64,000 nucleotides of DNA from Candidatus Hydrothermarchaeales archaeon (GTDB lineage: Archaea; Hydrothermarchaeota; Hydrothermarchaeia; Hydrothermarchaeales; JAZGAD01), in assembly GCA_036444275.1 (NCBI GenBank), contig JAZGAD010000047.1, positions 10,424-74,423 on the forward strand. The letters run 5' to 3'. This document shows, one piece after another, positions 1 through 8,694 of this stretch. The notes under the pieces were generated by a model. That model worked only from the letters and a program-made list of their open reading frames with translations. It was not told where the DNA came from and made no database searches. Within the stretch, counting starts at the first letter, position 1, and every line of letters begins with the position of its first letter. Position numbers and translations under genes: made by a program.

Positions 1-207
1 AGCCCCAACTGATGCTCCTTCAAATCCACTGACCAGCCGCCAAAAGGCGCCAAATACTGATCCCTTAGTATACGGATGGGAAACTTAAAACTACATTGGA
101 AGCGTGACATCGGATTCTCTCTCCAGCATAACATTTGCGTCAATTTCTATAATCACGTCATATATCGGAAACTATAAAAGCCAAGACGCTGAAGCATTTT
201 TATTTAG

Positions 208-1130
<923 letters not shown>

Positions 1131-1131
<1 letters not shown>

Positions 1132-1592
1132 TGGTCAAGGACATAAGGGTCAGGAAGATAAAGAGTGGAACAGTAATAGACCACATCGCTCCTGGGCAGG
1201 CCATGAACGTCCTCAAGATCATCGGTATAACTGAGGAGTATCCCAAGACTACGTTAACTGTAGCCATGAACGTCCCATCTAGAAAGGCCGGCACAAAGGA
1301 TATAGTAAAGGTGGAAGGCAGGGAGTTAAGGGCAGAGGAAGTGGACAAGATCTCCCTTATCGCCCCAAATGCAATAATAAACATAATCCGGGATTACGAC
1401 GTTGTTGAAAAAAAAGAAGTAAGCATTCCAGATAGAGTAGAGGGCGTGCTGCGCTGCGCTAATCCCAACTGTATAACCAACTCTGAAGGGATAAAATCCA
1501 AATTCATCGTAGAGCGAAAAGAACCCATAAAAATTCGCTGCACCTACTGTGAGCGCATTATGGAAGAAGAGGATCTCGTGAGGCAGTTCTGA
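1131..1592 (+). CDS. pyrI: Aspartate carbamoyltransferase regulatory subunit
   Basis: GTVIDHI, CANPNCIT and CTYCE zinc ligands; coupled to pyrB. Confidence 0.97.
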
Positions 1593-1627
1593 TCCACGGA
1601 TCAACCTTGGAGGTTAGAACGCTGCAG

Positions 1628-1641
1628 AAAAATCAATTTTT
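1628..1641. repeat. 14-bp quasi-palindrome AAAAATCAATTTTT, copy 1 (possible terminator or island boundary)
   Basis: Identical copy at 8236-8249; lies just downstream of the pyrI stop. Confidence 0.5.
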
Positions 1642-1753
1642 CATTCGTTTAAGTATATATTTGCTCTTCTTCTCAGCAACCATCTATTAGTTCCTATTGG
1701 TTGGCAATCATAGCCTTGATTACTAAGTTCGATTATTTCCTTTTCGGTTGAAA

Positions 1754-2875
1754 CTATCTTGCCTTTGTTTTTCTAACGTGGCATGCTGCTGCGAGCTCCA
1801 CGAATCCACCGCATCGTGGACATGTCATGACAGACGTTGCCGTATAAGTAAGGGAAGACGGTACGCCAGAACAGGCACCACACACCACGATATTGCACTT
1901 CGGACAATATCTAGCTGCCCTTCTTGCTATATCTGGAGTCCATATCGGGATTGTGTCAGAGCCTAGAGGCCTACCCAATGCCATACATGCCCTACCACAC
2001 TTTTTGCATTCTACTGCAAAAGAACTATTGGTGTGTTCAGCATTCTCGAGCTTCTCAAACTTTTCTTTATGTTCCCTTTCGTATGCCTTTACAGCTTCTT
2101 TGGCTTTCTTGGTGCGAAATTTCCTTAGTGCTCTGAGAGCATCTTCAGGGTCCCACTTAGTCTTAAGAGCCTGAATAAGTGGTTCTACAGCTCGGCTGTC
2201 TCCTATCTCTCCAAGAGCCTCTGCGGCTTTACGTCGAACATCGCTATCTTTATGCTTCAAGGCTTTTATCAGCCCCTCAACGTCTTTCTTCTCCACTAAC
2301 ATCTTAGCCCAAGATTCAGGGTCCTCTTCAAGCTTTTTGCGAGCAACATCTTCCTTTATCTTTTCAAGAGCCTCTAATGCCCTCAATCGAAGCTTTTCAT
2401 CCTTAATATCATCGATGATAGGTTTTAATCCTATGAGAGCTTTTGCCGCTGCCTCCCGAGGTTTTTGTTTTTTATCCTTTAAAGCCTGAATGAGAGGCTC
2501 TATCGCTCTGGCGTCTCCTATCCTTCCAAGAGCCTTCGCGGCTCTAACTCGAATATCCCACTCTGCACTCTTTAAAGCCTGAATGAGGGGCTCTATCGCC
2601 CTTTTATCTTTCATCTTTATCAGGGCTTCTATCGCAACTTTCCGAACACCCTTATATACGTACTTTAGGTCCTCATCCAATGCAACCTGAATGAGTGGTT
2701 CTACTGCCCTTGTATCACCTATACTGCCAAGAGCCTCTGCCGCTTTCTCACCCGTAATTCCATCTAGAACTTCTGAATAATTCTTATCCTTGAGAGCTTT
2801 TATCAGCCCATCAACATCTTTCTTAGCTTTCATCTTTTCAACATTCGGCTTAAATAACGAATCAAATATTCCCAT
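1754..2875 (-). CDS. HEAT/PBS-lyase repeat protein with C-terminal multi-Cys zinc-binding domain
   Basis: Repeated [21 protein letters not shown] units; C-terminal CKKC, CPKC, CGAC, CPRC. Confidence 0.85.
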   Translation of the reverse strand: MGIFDSLFKPNVEKMKAKKDVDGLIKALKDKNYSEVLDGITGEKAAEALGSIGDTRAVEPLIQVALDEDLKYVYKGVRKVAIEALIKMKDKRAIEPLIQALKSAEWDIRVRAAKALGRIGDARAIEPLIQALKDKKQKPREAAAKALIGLKPIIDDIKDEKLRLRALEALEKIKEDVARKKLEEDPESWAKMLVEKKDVEGLIKALKHKDSDVRRKAAEALGEIGDSRAVEPLIQALKTKWDPEDALRALRKFRTKKAKEAVKAYEREHKEKFEKLENAEHTNSSFAVECKKCGRACMALGRPLGSDTIPIWTPDIARRAARYCPKCNIVVCGACSGVPSSLTYTATSVMTCPRCGGFVELAAACHVRKTKAR

Positions 2876-2946
2876 TTTTTACCTCTAAAATTCTAATCTG
2901 CTTTTCCACGTATAAACATCATTTTGGATTTATAATTCCTATCACT

Positions 2947-4596
2947 TTATATTCTCCTTCGCCTCACAAAATATGCCACTGCTAGCAATCCAGCTAATGC
3001 CACTGTAGCCAGTCCAACTACTGCGAGCACTGCTTCGAATCCAGGCTGTTCAAGATTCTCACGGGCTAGTTCCCTATTTTGCAACGCTATCTCATGTGTT
3101 GGATCTATCTCAAGTGCCTTATCGTATGCATCTATAGCCTCTGCGTATCTACCTAAACGAGCAAGAAGCAATCCCTTGTTGTGCCATGCATCCACATCTC
3201 TTGGATCTATCTCAAGCGCCTTATCATATGCATCTATAGCCTCTTCATACCTGCCTAATTCATCTAAAGCAAGTCCTTTGTTGAACCATGTCCCCTCATT
3301 TTGTGGGTCTAGCTCGATAGCTTTATTACAGGCTGTTATAGCTTCCTCATACCTGCCCAAATCAAGTAGAGCAGCTCCTTTGTTGTGCCATGCATCCACA
3401 TCTCTTGGATCTATCTCAAGCGCCTTGTCGAGTGCATTTATGGCCTCGTCGTACCTGCCTAACTCACCAAGAATCCGTCCTTTGTTGCTCCATGCTTCTT
3501 TTAGAGTGGAGTCTATCTCAAGCGCCTTATCATATGCCTCTATAGCCTCTTCATATCTATCCAAATGAAGAAGAGTAACTCCTTTACCATACCATGCTTC
3601 TTTTAGAGTGGAGTCTATCTCAAGCGCCTTATCATATGCCTCTATAGCCTCTGCGTATCTACCTAGACTAGCAAGGACAATCCCCTTGTTGTACAATGCT
3701 TTCGTGTCGTTTGGGTTGATCTCAATCGCCTCGTCGTATGCTTTTATAGCATTTGCAAGATCGGTATCATCCCACCACCTATCACTCTGATTTGAGTCTA
3801 TTGACACAGGATCTGACGGTACGCCACCTGGTTCCACGACAGAGGTCTGATACTGTTCTACTACCACGGTTTTTGTCTTAGCCAGGTCCGAGAGCTCAAC
3901 TGCACCATCGAAAACAGTGACGATGGTGGTGCCGTCTTCAGCCACCTCTAAGGTGTATTCAGTTCCACGGCGTCCTGTAGTGGAAGTAGGCGTGTGAATC
4001 TCATGTTTATGTTTAACCCGAAATTTTTCTATTGTTCCTCTCCAGAATGTATGGACCTTGCCCCACCAGATTTTCAGCACGGACCCCGTCTCTTTAAGTT
4101 CCACAACTTCTATTTTGGTGTTTTCACCGACATTTACCCGCGTCTCATCACCAAATGACAGCTCCGCTCGCTGGTTCTTTCCTGTAACCGTAGTATCTCC
4201 TGTTTTTATTGTTTGTGTTCTGTAGCCAGGAGTCGTATGTTCCCTTGTTTCTGTTCTGTATACAGGCCTCTTAAAACATGTGTCTGACTTTTCTTTTCTG
4301 TAGACGGCCTTCTCAAAACACGTCTCTTTTGTTCTTCCTCCCCCTATCCGTGGAAAGGAAGAGCATATAGTTTCGTAATGGTCAATCACAAACTCAGTAA
4401 GGCACAAAGGTTCTTCGTAATGGTCAATCACAAGATAGGACAGAGTCATCGTTTTCCAGGTCCGCATCTCTATCGTCTCAGACCCCGACTCAGCACTCGC
4501 AGCTCCAACGAATACCGACACCAGCATTACGATTGCAAAAACACTCACAGCAGGTTTTCTTACCACACAATTTAGAGCTCTTAGGAATCCGGGCAT
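2947..4596 (-). CDS. Secreted FecR-like + TPR repeat protein with PGF-CTERM anchor
   Basis: Signal peptide; FecR-like segment (GDTTVTG..RAELSFGD...TPT...GTEY); about 7 TPRs; terminal PGF-TM-RRRR. Start taken at ATG 4596. Confidence 0.8.
   Translation of the reverse strand: MPGFLRALNCVVRKPAVSVFAIVMLVSVFVGAASAESGSETIEMRTWKTMTLSYLVIDHYEEPLCLTEFVIDHYETICSSFPRIGGGRTKETCFEKAVYRKEKSDTCFKRPVYRTETREHTTPGYRTQTIKTGDTTVTGKNQRAELSFGDETRVNVGENTKIEVVELKETGSVLKIWWGKVHTFWRGTIEKFRVKHKHEIHTPTSTTGRRGTEYTLEVAEDGTTIVTVFDGAVELSDLAKTKTVVVEQYQTSVVEPGGVPSDPVSIDSNQSDRWWDDTDLANAIKAYDEAIEINPNDTKALYNKGIVLASLGRYAEAIEAYDKALEIDSTLKEAWYGKGVTLLHLDRYEEAIEAYDKALEIDSTLKEAWSNKGRILGELGRYDEAINALDKALEIDPRDVDAWHNKGAALLDLGRYEEAITACNKAIELDPQNEGTWFNKGLALDELGRYEEAIDAYDKALEIDPRDVDAWHNKGLLLARLGRYAEAIDAYDKALEIDPTHEIALQNRELARENLEQPGFEAVLAVVGLATVALAGLLAVAYFVRRRRI
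3080..3745 (-). repeat. TPR-coding tandem repeats (102-bp units, some near-identical)
   Basis: Long DNA identities at 3491-3550 vs 3593-3652 and 3177-3222 vs 3381-3426. Confidence 0.85.
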
Positions 4597-4665
4597 GGTT
4601 CTCACATCTTTAAAGGCTATCCATGGGGATTCGTAACTACTTATCGGACACCGCCCCACAGGCCA

Positions 4666-5322
4666 CTATCTTTTAGTTTCTATTGCAACGCCACGGTAAC
4701 ACCTGTCCTTTATCTCACGGTCAGTTATTTTTTCACAAATACTAGCGTCTTTAGCTTCTTCTGCAACGATGCTGTAACAGGTGTCCTTATTCTCACTGTC
4801 AGTTATTTTTTCACAAATACTAGCGTCTTTAGCTTCTGCTGCAACGCCAATGTAACACGAGTCCTTTATCTCACGGTCAGTTATTTTTTCACACAGACTA
4901 ACATCTTTAGTTTCTTCTGCAACTTCACCGTAACAGATGTCCTTAACGCCCTTATCAAAATTGCCAGTTATTTTTTCACAAAGACTAACATCTTTAGTTT
5001 CTGCTGCAACGCCAATGTAACAAAAACCCTTATCAAAATTGCCAGTTATTTTTTCACAAAGACTAACATCTTTAGTTTCTACTGCAACGTCACTGTAACA
5101 GACGTCCTTATCAATACTGTCAGTTATTTTTTCACAATCACCAGCAGTTTTGGTTAGCACTTTTTCAGTGGGCAGAGCTTTCTCTTCCGATGGAGGGGTT
5201 GTTTCTCCTGGTAGCGTTCCTGCTCCTGTTTTTTCCCCAACACATCCTCCCACTACTAGAACTAAACCAATAAGTAAAACGATTGAAACCGTTAAACCAA
5301 ACTTCTTTTCCAACCGCCCCAT
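4666..5322 (-). CDS. Lipoprotein with Cys-rich 26-aa tandem repeats
   Basis: Lipobox-like VVGGC; six CEKITDxxxKDxCYxxVAxExKDxSL/I units. Confidence 0.8.
   Translation of the reverse strand: MGRLEKKFGLTVSIVLLIGLVLVVGGCVGEKTGAGTLPGETTPPSEEKALPTEKVLTKTAGDCEKITDSIDKDVCYSDVAVETKDVSLCEKITGNFDKGFCYIGVAAETKDVSLCEKITGNFDKGVKDICYGEVAEETKDVSLCEKITDREIKDSCYIGVAAEAKDASICEKITDSENKDTCYSIVAEEAKDASICEKITDREIKDRCYRGVAIETKR
4670..5140 (-). repeat. 78-bp tandem repeat (about 6 units) within the lipoprotein gene
   Basis: Recurrent cagttattttttcaca at about 78-bp spacing; one unit has a 9-bp insertion. Confidence 0.85.
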
Positions 5323-5449
5323 GTTGAATACCTCCGGTCTTATATCACAACCCCGAATATTTAAACTTTACTAAAACTTTACTACATACAAGTAGCCTTA
5401 GAAATATTCAACAACTTTAAATTTCTTTAAAAAATTTACTTCATGAGGT

Positions 5450-5466
5450 GTGCACTAATCGTGCAC
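5450..5466. promoter_or_regulatory. Candidate operator GTGCAC-N5-GTGCAC just upstream of the wHTH gene
   Basis: Two palindromic hexamers ending 1 nt before ATG 5468. Confidence 0.35.
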
Positions 5467-5467
5467 C

Positions 5468-5725
5468 ATGAACAAACTCATAGAGGTAGTTAGCCGTAAA
5501 GGTGCAGAAGAAATCTTACATTTGCTTGAGGATGAGGGGAAATACTACATGCAGATAGAAACGAATGTTGGTCTAAACTCAAGAACTTTGGTGACAAGAT
5601 TACGGGAGCTATCAAAAATCGGATTAATTGAAAGAAAAGTCAGAGACAATAGGAGGGTTCTGTACAGCATTACAGAAAGAGGAAGAAGAGCCGTTGAAAA
5701 ACTGCGTGAATTTCAAAAAATATGA
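5468..5725 (+). CDS. HxlR-like winged-helix transcriptional regulator
   Basis: LNSRTLVTRLRELSKIGLIERK...YSITERG pattern. Confidence 0.85.
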   Translation: MNKLIEVVSRKGAEEILHLLEDEGKYYMQIETNVGLNSRTLVTRLRELSKIGLIERKVRDNRRVLYSITERGRRAVEKLREFQKI

Positions 5726-5821
5726 GAATTTTTTGCTCTCATTTTATAAACCCCCAATCCTTTGCCTCATCGAAAACAGCGTACATTTTTGCCTCCTATC
5801 TCCAATTCATATCGCCACCCA

Positions 5822-6604
5822 TCAGTCCCATTTAAATAGATCCTCCAGCGACAGTCTTTTCAGGTATTTCGTGTCTATGGCGACTGTAAGGTCTCCAAGC
5901 TTGTCCATAAGTTCCTCGATTTCTTCCTTGGTTCTCCCGGTTTTCCTTACCAAAGTGCTAACCGGCGTGTTCAACAGATTTACTATTCTTTCGTCCCCGA
6001 TGCTCTCGTAGTTGCTCCTGCTTACTTCAACGGCGCACGCCATCTCCGCCTTTCTTATAAGTTCTGCAAGCTTAAGCGTGGAGATGCCTACCACTTTGGA
6101 TAACTCCAGGGCTTCCTTTCCGACTAAGTCGCCTATCCTCCTTATCCCAGCGGATGCCAAGCTCTCCTTCCTCTTCTCTCTCACCCCATCGATGTAGACA
6201 ACGCTCAGCTCCACCAGCGAAAAAACGGCGCACCTATATTCTATCTTATAGCACCCGGCGATGTTTATTCCCCTGCCGCTCTTCAACGTCGCCACGTTCT
6301 TAAACGCTGTTCCTCCCTCCGTCAATACGCTCTCGACGAGCAACTGAGTTGTACCGGTATTCTCCAAGCGGAACCACACCGGCAGGGGGTCTATCCGTCT
6401 CCAGTAGGGTAGAAGAGTTAAATAGAATGCGCCGACTTCAAGATTGATTTCTTCCGTTGACCGATAATCCTCAAGCCGCCAGCTCTCTGCCACCTTGTTA
6501 TCCAGATATCCTATCTTTTTCACCTCAACGCCGTCTATCCTAACCGCCACGTCAGGGTCAGTGATCGTCACTTTTACAAATGCTCCTTCTGTTGGGCTGT
6601 TCAT
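5822..6604 (-). CDS. Hypothetical protein: unknown N-terminal beta domain + C-terminal helix-hairpin-helix (Rad51-N/DUF4332-like)
   Basis: IDGV....ESLASAGIRRIGDL...ELSKVVGIS; paralog of the adjacent gene. Confidence 0.65.
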   Translation of the reverse strand: MNSPTEGAFVKVTITDPDVAVRIDGVEVKKIGYLDNKVAESWRLEDYRSTEEINLEVGAFYLTLLPYWRRIDPLPVWFRLENTGTTQLLVESVLTEGGTAFKNVATLKSGRGINIAGCYKIEYRCAVFSLVELSVVYIDGVREKRKESLASAGIRRIGDLVGKEALELSKVVGISTLKLAELIRKAEMACAVEVSRSNYESIGDERIVNLLNTPVSTLVRKTGRTKEEIEELMDKLGDLTVAIDTKYLKRLSLEDLFKWD

Positions 6605-7380
6605 CTTCCCTTCACCCTCCCAAAGATGTCTCTTAATCTAAGCGTCTTGAAAACCTGGACAATGAGGGCCTGGGATAGATTGTCCAGCTGCGAAAGAAGT
6701 TTTTCTGCGTCTCCCTCGGTTGCACCGCTTTCTTCAGCTATCTTGGCGGCGCTCCACTTCAGGACAGCCCTCACGTATCTATCGCCGATTTCAGCGAACT
6801 TGTCCTGCTCTACCGAGATGTTGCATAGCAGTCTTGCCCTGTCGAGTATAATACCGGTATTATCTCCAAAAACCCGGGATATCTGTGCATACTTATCTTT
6901 GTTTAGCAAGTCCTTTACTATGACTATACCATTTTCCACAAGCTTCTTCAGGTGTTCTACCGTGACACCATTGATTTTAGTGGCGTCTAGCCAGCCTAGC
7001 CAAAAACACAACAGCCTGTATTCCAAGTTCAGGCACGCAGGCACAGGAAGATTCTTTCCTCTTTCTATAATGCCCAAGTCCTTGAACTGCATCTCCTTTC
7101 CCTTTTGCAACTCACTTAAGACGCATTTTGCGATCAACTTCCTCTTGCCGTTATTGTATACCTTGAACCACACCGGGAGAGGATCTACTATTTCAAAATA
7201 CGGCCAGAGCCTCAGGTAGAATTTCCCATCTTTGAGGTCTATGTCATCTGTAGATTGATAATTTCCAAGTCGCCACACCCTCCCTACTACCGCATCATTC
7301 TTTGTTCTCCTCCTTTCCACGCTTACTCTATCCACAACGTCTGGGTCGGCTATCCTTATTTTGACAACATATTTTGGCAT
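6601..7380 (-). CDS. Paralog of 5822-6604 (unknown domain + HhH)
   Basis: Shared DPDV, WRL..Y.ST, FYL.L.PY and DPLPVWF motifs; ING....KKLVENGI; ATGA overlap with the next gene. Confidence 0.65.
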   Translation of the reverse strand: MPKYVVKIRIADPDVVDRVSVERRRTKNDAVVGRVWRLGNYQSTDDIDLKDGKFYLRLWPYFEIVDPLPVWFKVYNNGKRKLIAKCVLSELQKGKEMQFKDLGIIERGKNLPVPACLNLEYRLLCFWLGWLDATKINGVTVEHLKKLVENGIVIVKDLLNKDKYAQISRVFGDNTGIILDRARLLCNISVEQDKFAEIGDRYVRAVLKWSAAKIAEESGATEGDAEKLLSQLDNLSQALIVQVFKTLRLRDIFGRVKGR

Positions 7381-7403
7381 TTCAATCTCGTCTCTTACAA
7401 TAT

Positions 7404-7420
7404 AATCTTGAAACAAGATT
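7404..7420. promoter_or_regulatory. Perfect inverted repeat AATCTTG-AAA-CAAGATT (candidate operator)
   Basis: Lies in the divergent intergenic region; a 14/17 copy at 7461-7477 covers the AbrB start codon. Confidence 0.55.
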
Positions 7421-7464
7421 TGAGTGTTTATCGTTCTTAAGCTTTTCTTTTGAACCTTTCAAGT

Positions 7465-7638
7465 ATGAAACAAGATTATTTTGCACAGGCGAAGGTGACG
7501 GTGAGGAAGCAGATAGCGATCCCGAAGAAAGTCCGAGAGAAGCTAGGCGGCGTTGAAGAGGGGGACTACCTGCTCTTCTACGAGGAAGGCGGGAGGATAT
7601 ACGTCGAGAAGGGTGTGCTAGTCCTGAAGAGCAGATAG
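7465..7638 (+). CDS. AbrB/MazE/SpoVT family DNA-binding protein
   Basis: AKVTVRKQIAIPKKVREKLGGVEEGDYLLF. Confidence 0.85.
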   Translation: MKQDYFAQAKVTVRKQIAIPKKVREKLGGVEEGDYLLFYEEGGRIYVEKGVLVLKSR

Positions 7639-7862
7639 AATGAGGATTATGGAAAGGCTCATACTTCCTAGGATCTAGAAATGAGCTTGATTCTCCTTTT
7701 ATTTGTTTAGAACTGAATATAGATGAGTGATAGGAAGTGTTAAACAACACAACTTTCTACCTCCTCGACATTCCTCTATTAGTACCTCATATACTTAAAA
7801 GTAACGTCTTTAGCACGTCTACTATTCTTAACGTGTTTCAACTTATTTTTCTAGTGGTGTTT

Positions 7863-8045
7863 ATGTCTGAGAGGATTATCAGCAAAAAGGCTAAGAAATT
7901 GGTGCGGTGGCATGATAACTACGTTGTTTTTGTAACTCCTGAGGCTAAGCAGGCTAATTGGAACGAGAAGACAATTGTCAAAGTCTCTTTGGTAGAGAAG
8001 AATGGGGAAAAGAAGATTATTATAGAAAAAGGCATGGAACTTTAA
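7863..8045 (+). CDS. Small AbrB-like (swapped-hairpin) protein
   Basis: KKLVRWHDNYVVFVTPEAKQANW...VKVSL...KIIIEK pattern; GTGGTG RBS-like sequence upstream. Confidence 0.55.
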   Translation: MSERIISKKAKKLVRWHDNYVVFVTPEAKQANWNEKTIVKVSLVEKNGEKKIIIEKGMEL

Positions 8046-8235
8046 TAAGGTAAAAAAATCTAGCTGAGACCTTCCCCTCCACAAAACGTTAAATTTAATC
8101 GCTCTTATACGCTATGCGTCTGATGAGCTATGGAGCGATACATTTTCCGGGACCACTAAATATTAAAATACCTTGGATGAGTTGTAAAGTGGATATGAGC
8201 AAACATGTTTAACCAAATGGGAAGTTGAACTTCGC

Positions 8236-8249
8236 AAAAATCAATTTTT
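8236..8249. repeat. 14-bp quasi-palindrome AAAAATCAATTTTT, copy 2
   Basis: Identical to 1628-1641; downstream of the DUF35 gene. Confidence 0.5.
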
Positions 8250-8288
8250 GTAGTTAACTGGAGAGATATATGAAATCTGCTTCAATTG

Positions 8289-8687
8289 CTACTTTCCAGC
8301 TGGTTGGAACTTGAACCCATAGTGAATTAATCCAGCATCGCCGTCCTCTTGTATCCTCCTGAATACCCGCTCCACCTTCATTCCTATCTTTACATCGCTG
8401 GACTCGCAGTTGACGATTTGGGTGGTGAAAGCAGGTCCCTCTTCAGATTTCACGATAGCCATTATATACGGGGATTGGCTCTCAAAACCCACTGGAGCTG
8501 CATGAATAATAGTATAAGTTAGTACTTCACCTCGCCCACTAAGCTTCGTTTCCTCCAGCTTGCTCTGCCTCCTGCATTTTGGACAGAACTTCCTTGGCGG
8601 GAAATACACATTGTTGCAGTTCAGGCACTTCGTCGCTATGAGGTTATACCTGCTCGGCAGATTCCTCCAGAACCTGGGTATGCTCAT
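8289..8687 (-). CDS. DUF35 Zn-ribbon/OB-fold scaffold protein of the thiolase/HMGS complex
   Basis: CLNC...FPPRKFCPKC; follows the thiolase. Confidence 0.93.
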   Translation of the reverse strand: MSIPRFWRNLPSRYNLIATKCLNCNNVYFPPRKFCPKCRRQSKLEETKLSGRGEVLTYTIIHAAPVGFESQSPYIMAIVKSEEGPAFTTQIVNCESSDVKIGMKVERVFRRIQEDGDAGLIHYGFKFQPAGK

Positions 8688-8694
8688 TATCTCG

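Noticed and set aside
1-110. Minus-strand frame open from an ATG at 110 to the window edge
   Set aside because: Only 36 codons visible and no recognisable motif.
3080-5140. Regularly spaced DNA repeats resembling a CRISPR array
   Set aside because: The units are in-frame multiples of 3 (102 and 78 bp) inside ORFs, with no unique spacers and no cas genes.
8100-8235. CTGATGA motif and short ORFs suggesting a C/D sRNA or gene remnant
   Set aside because: No convincing C/D box pairing; the frames are interrupted and unrecognisable.
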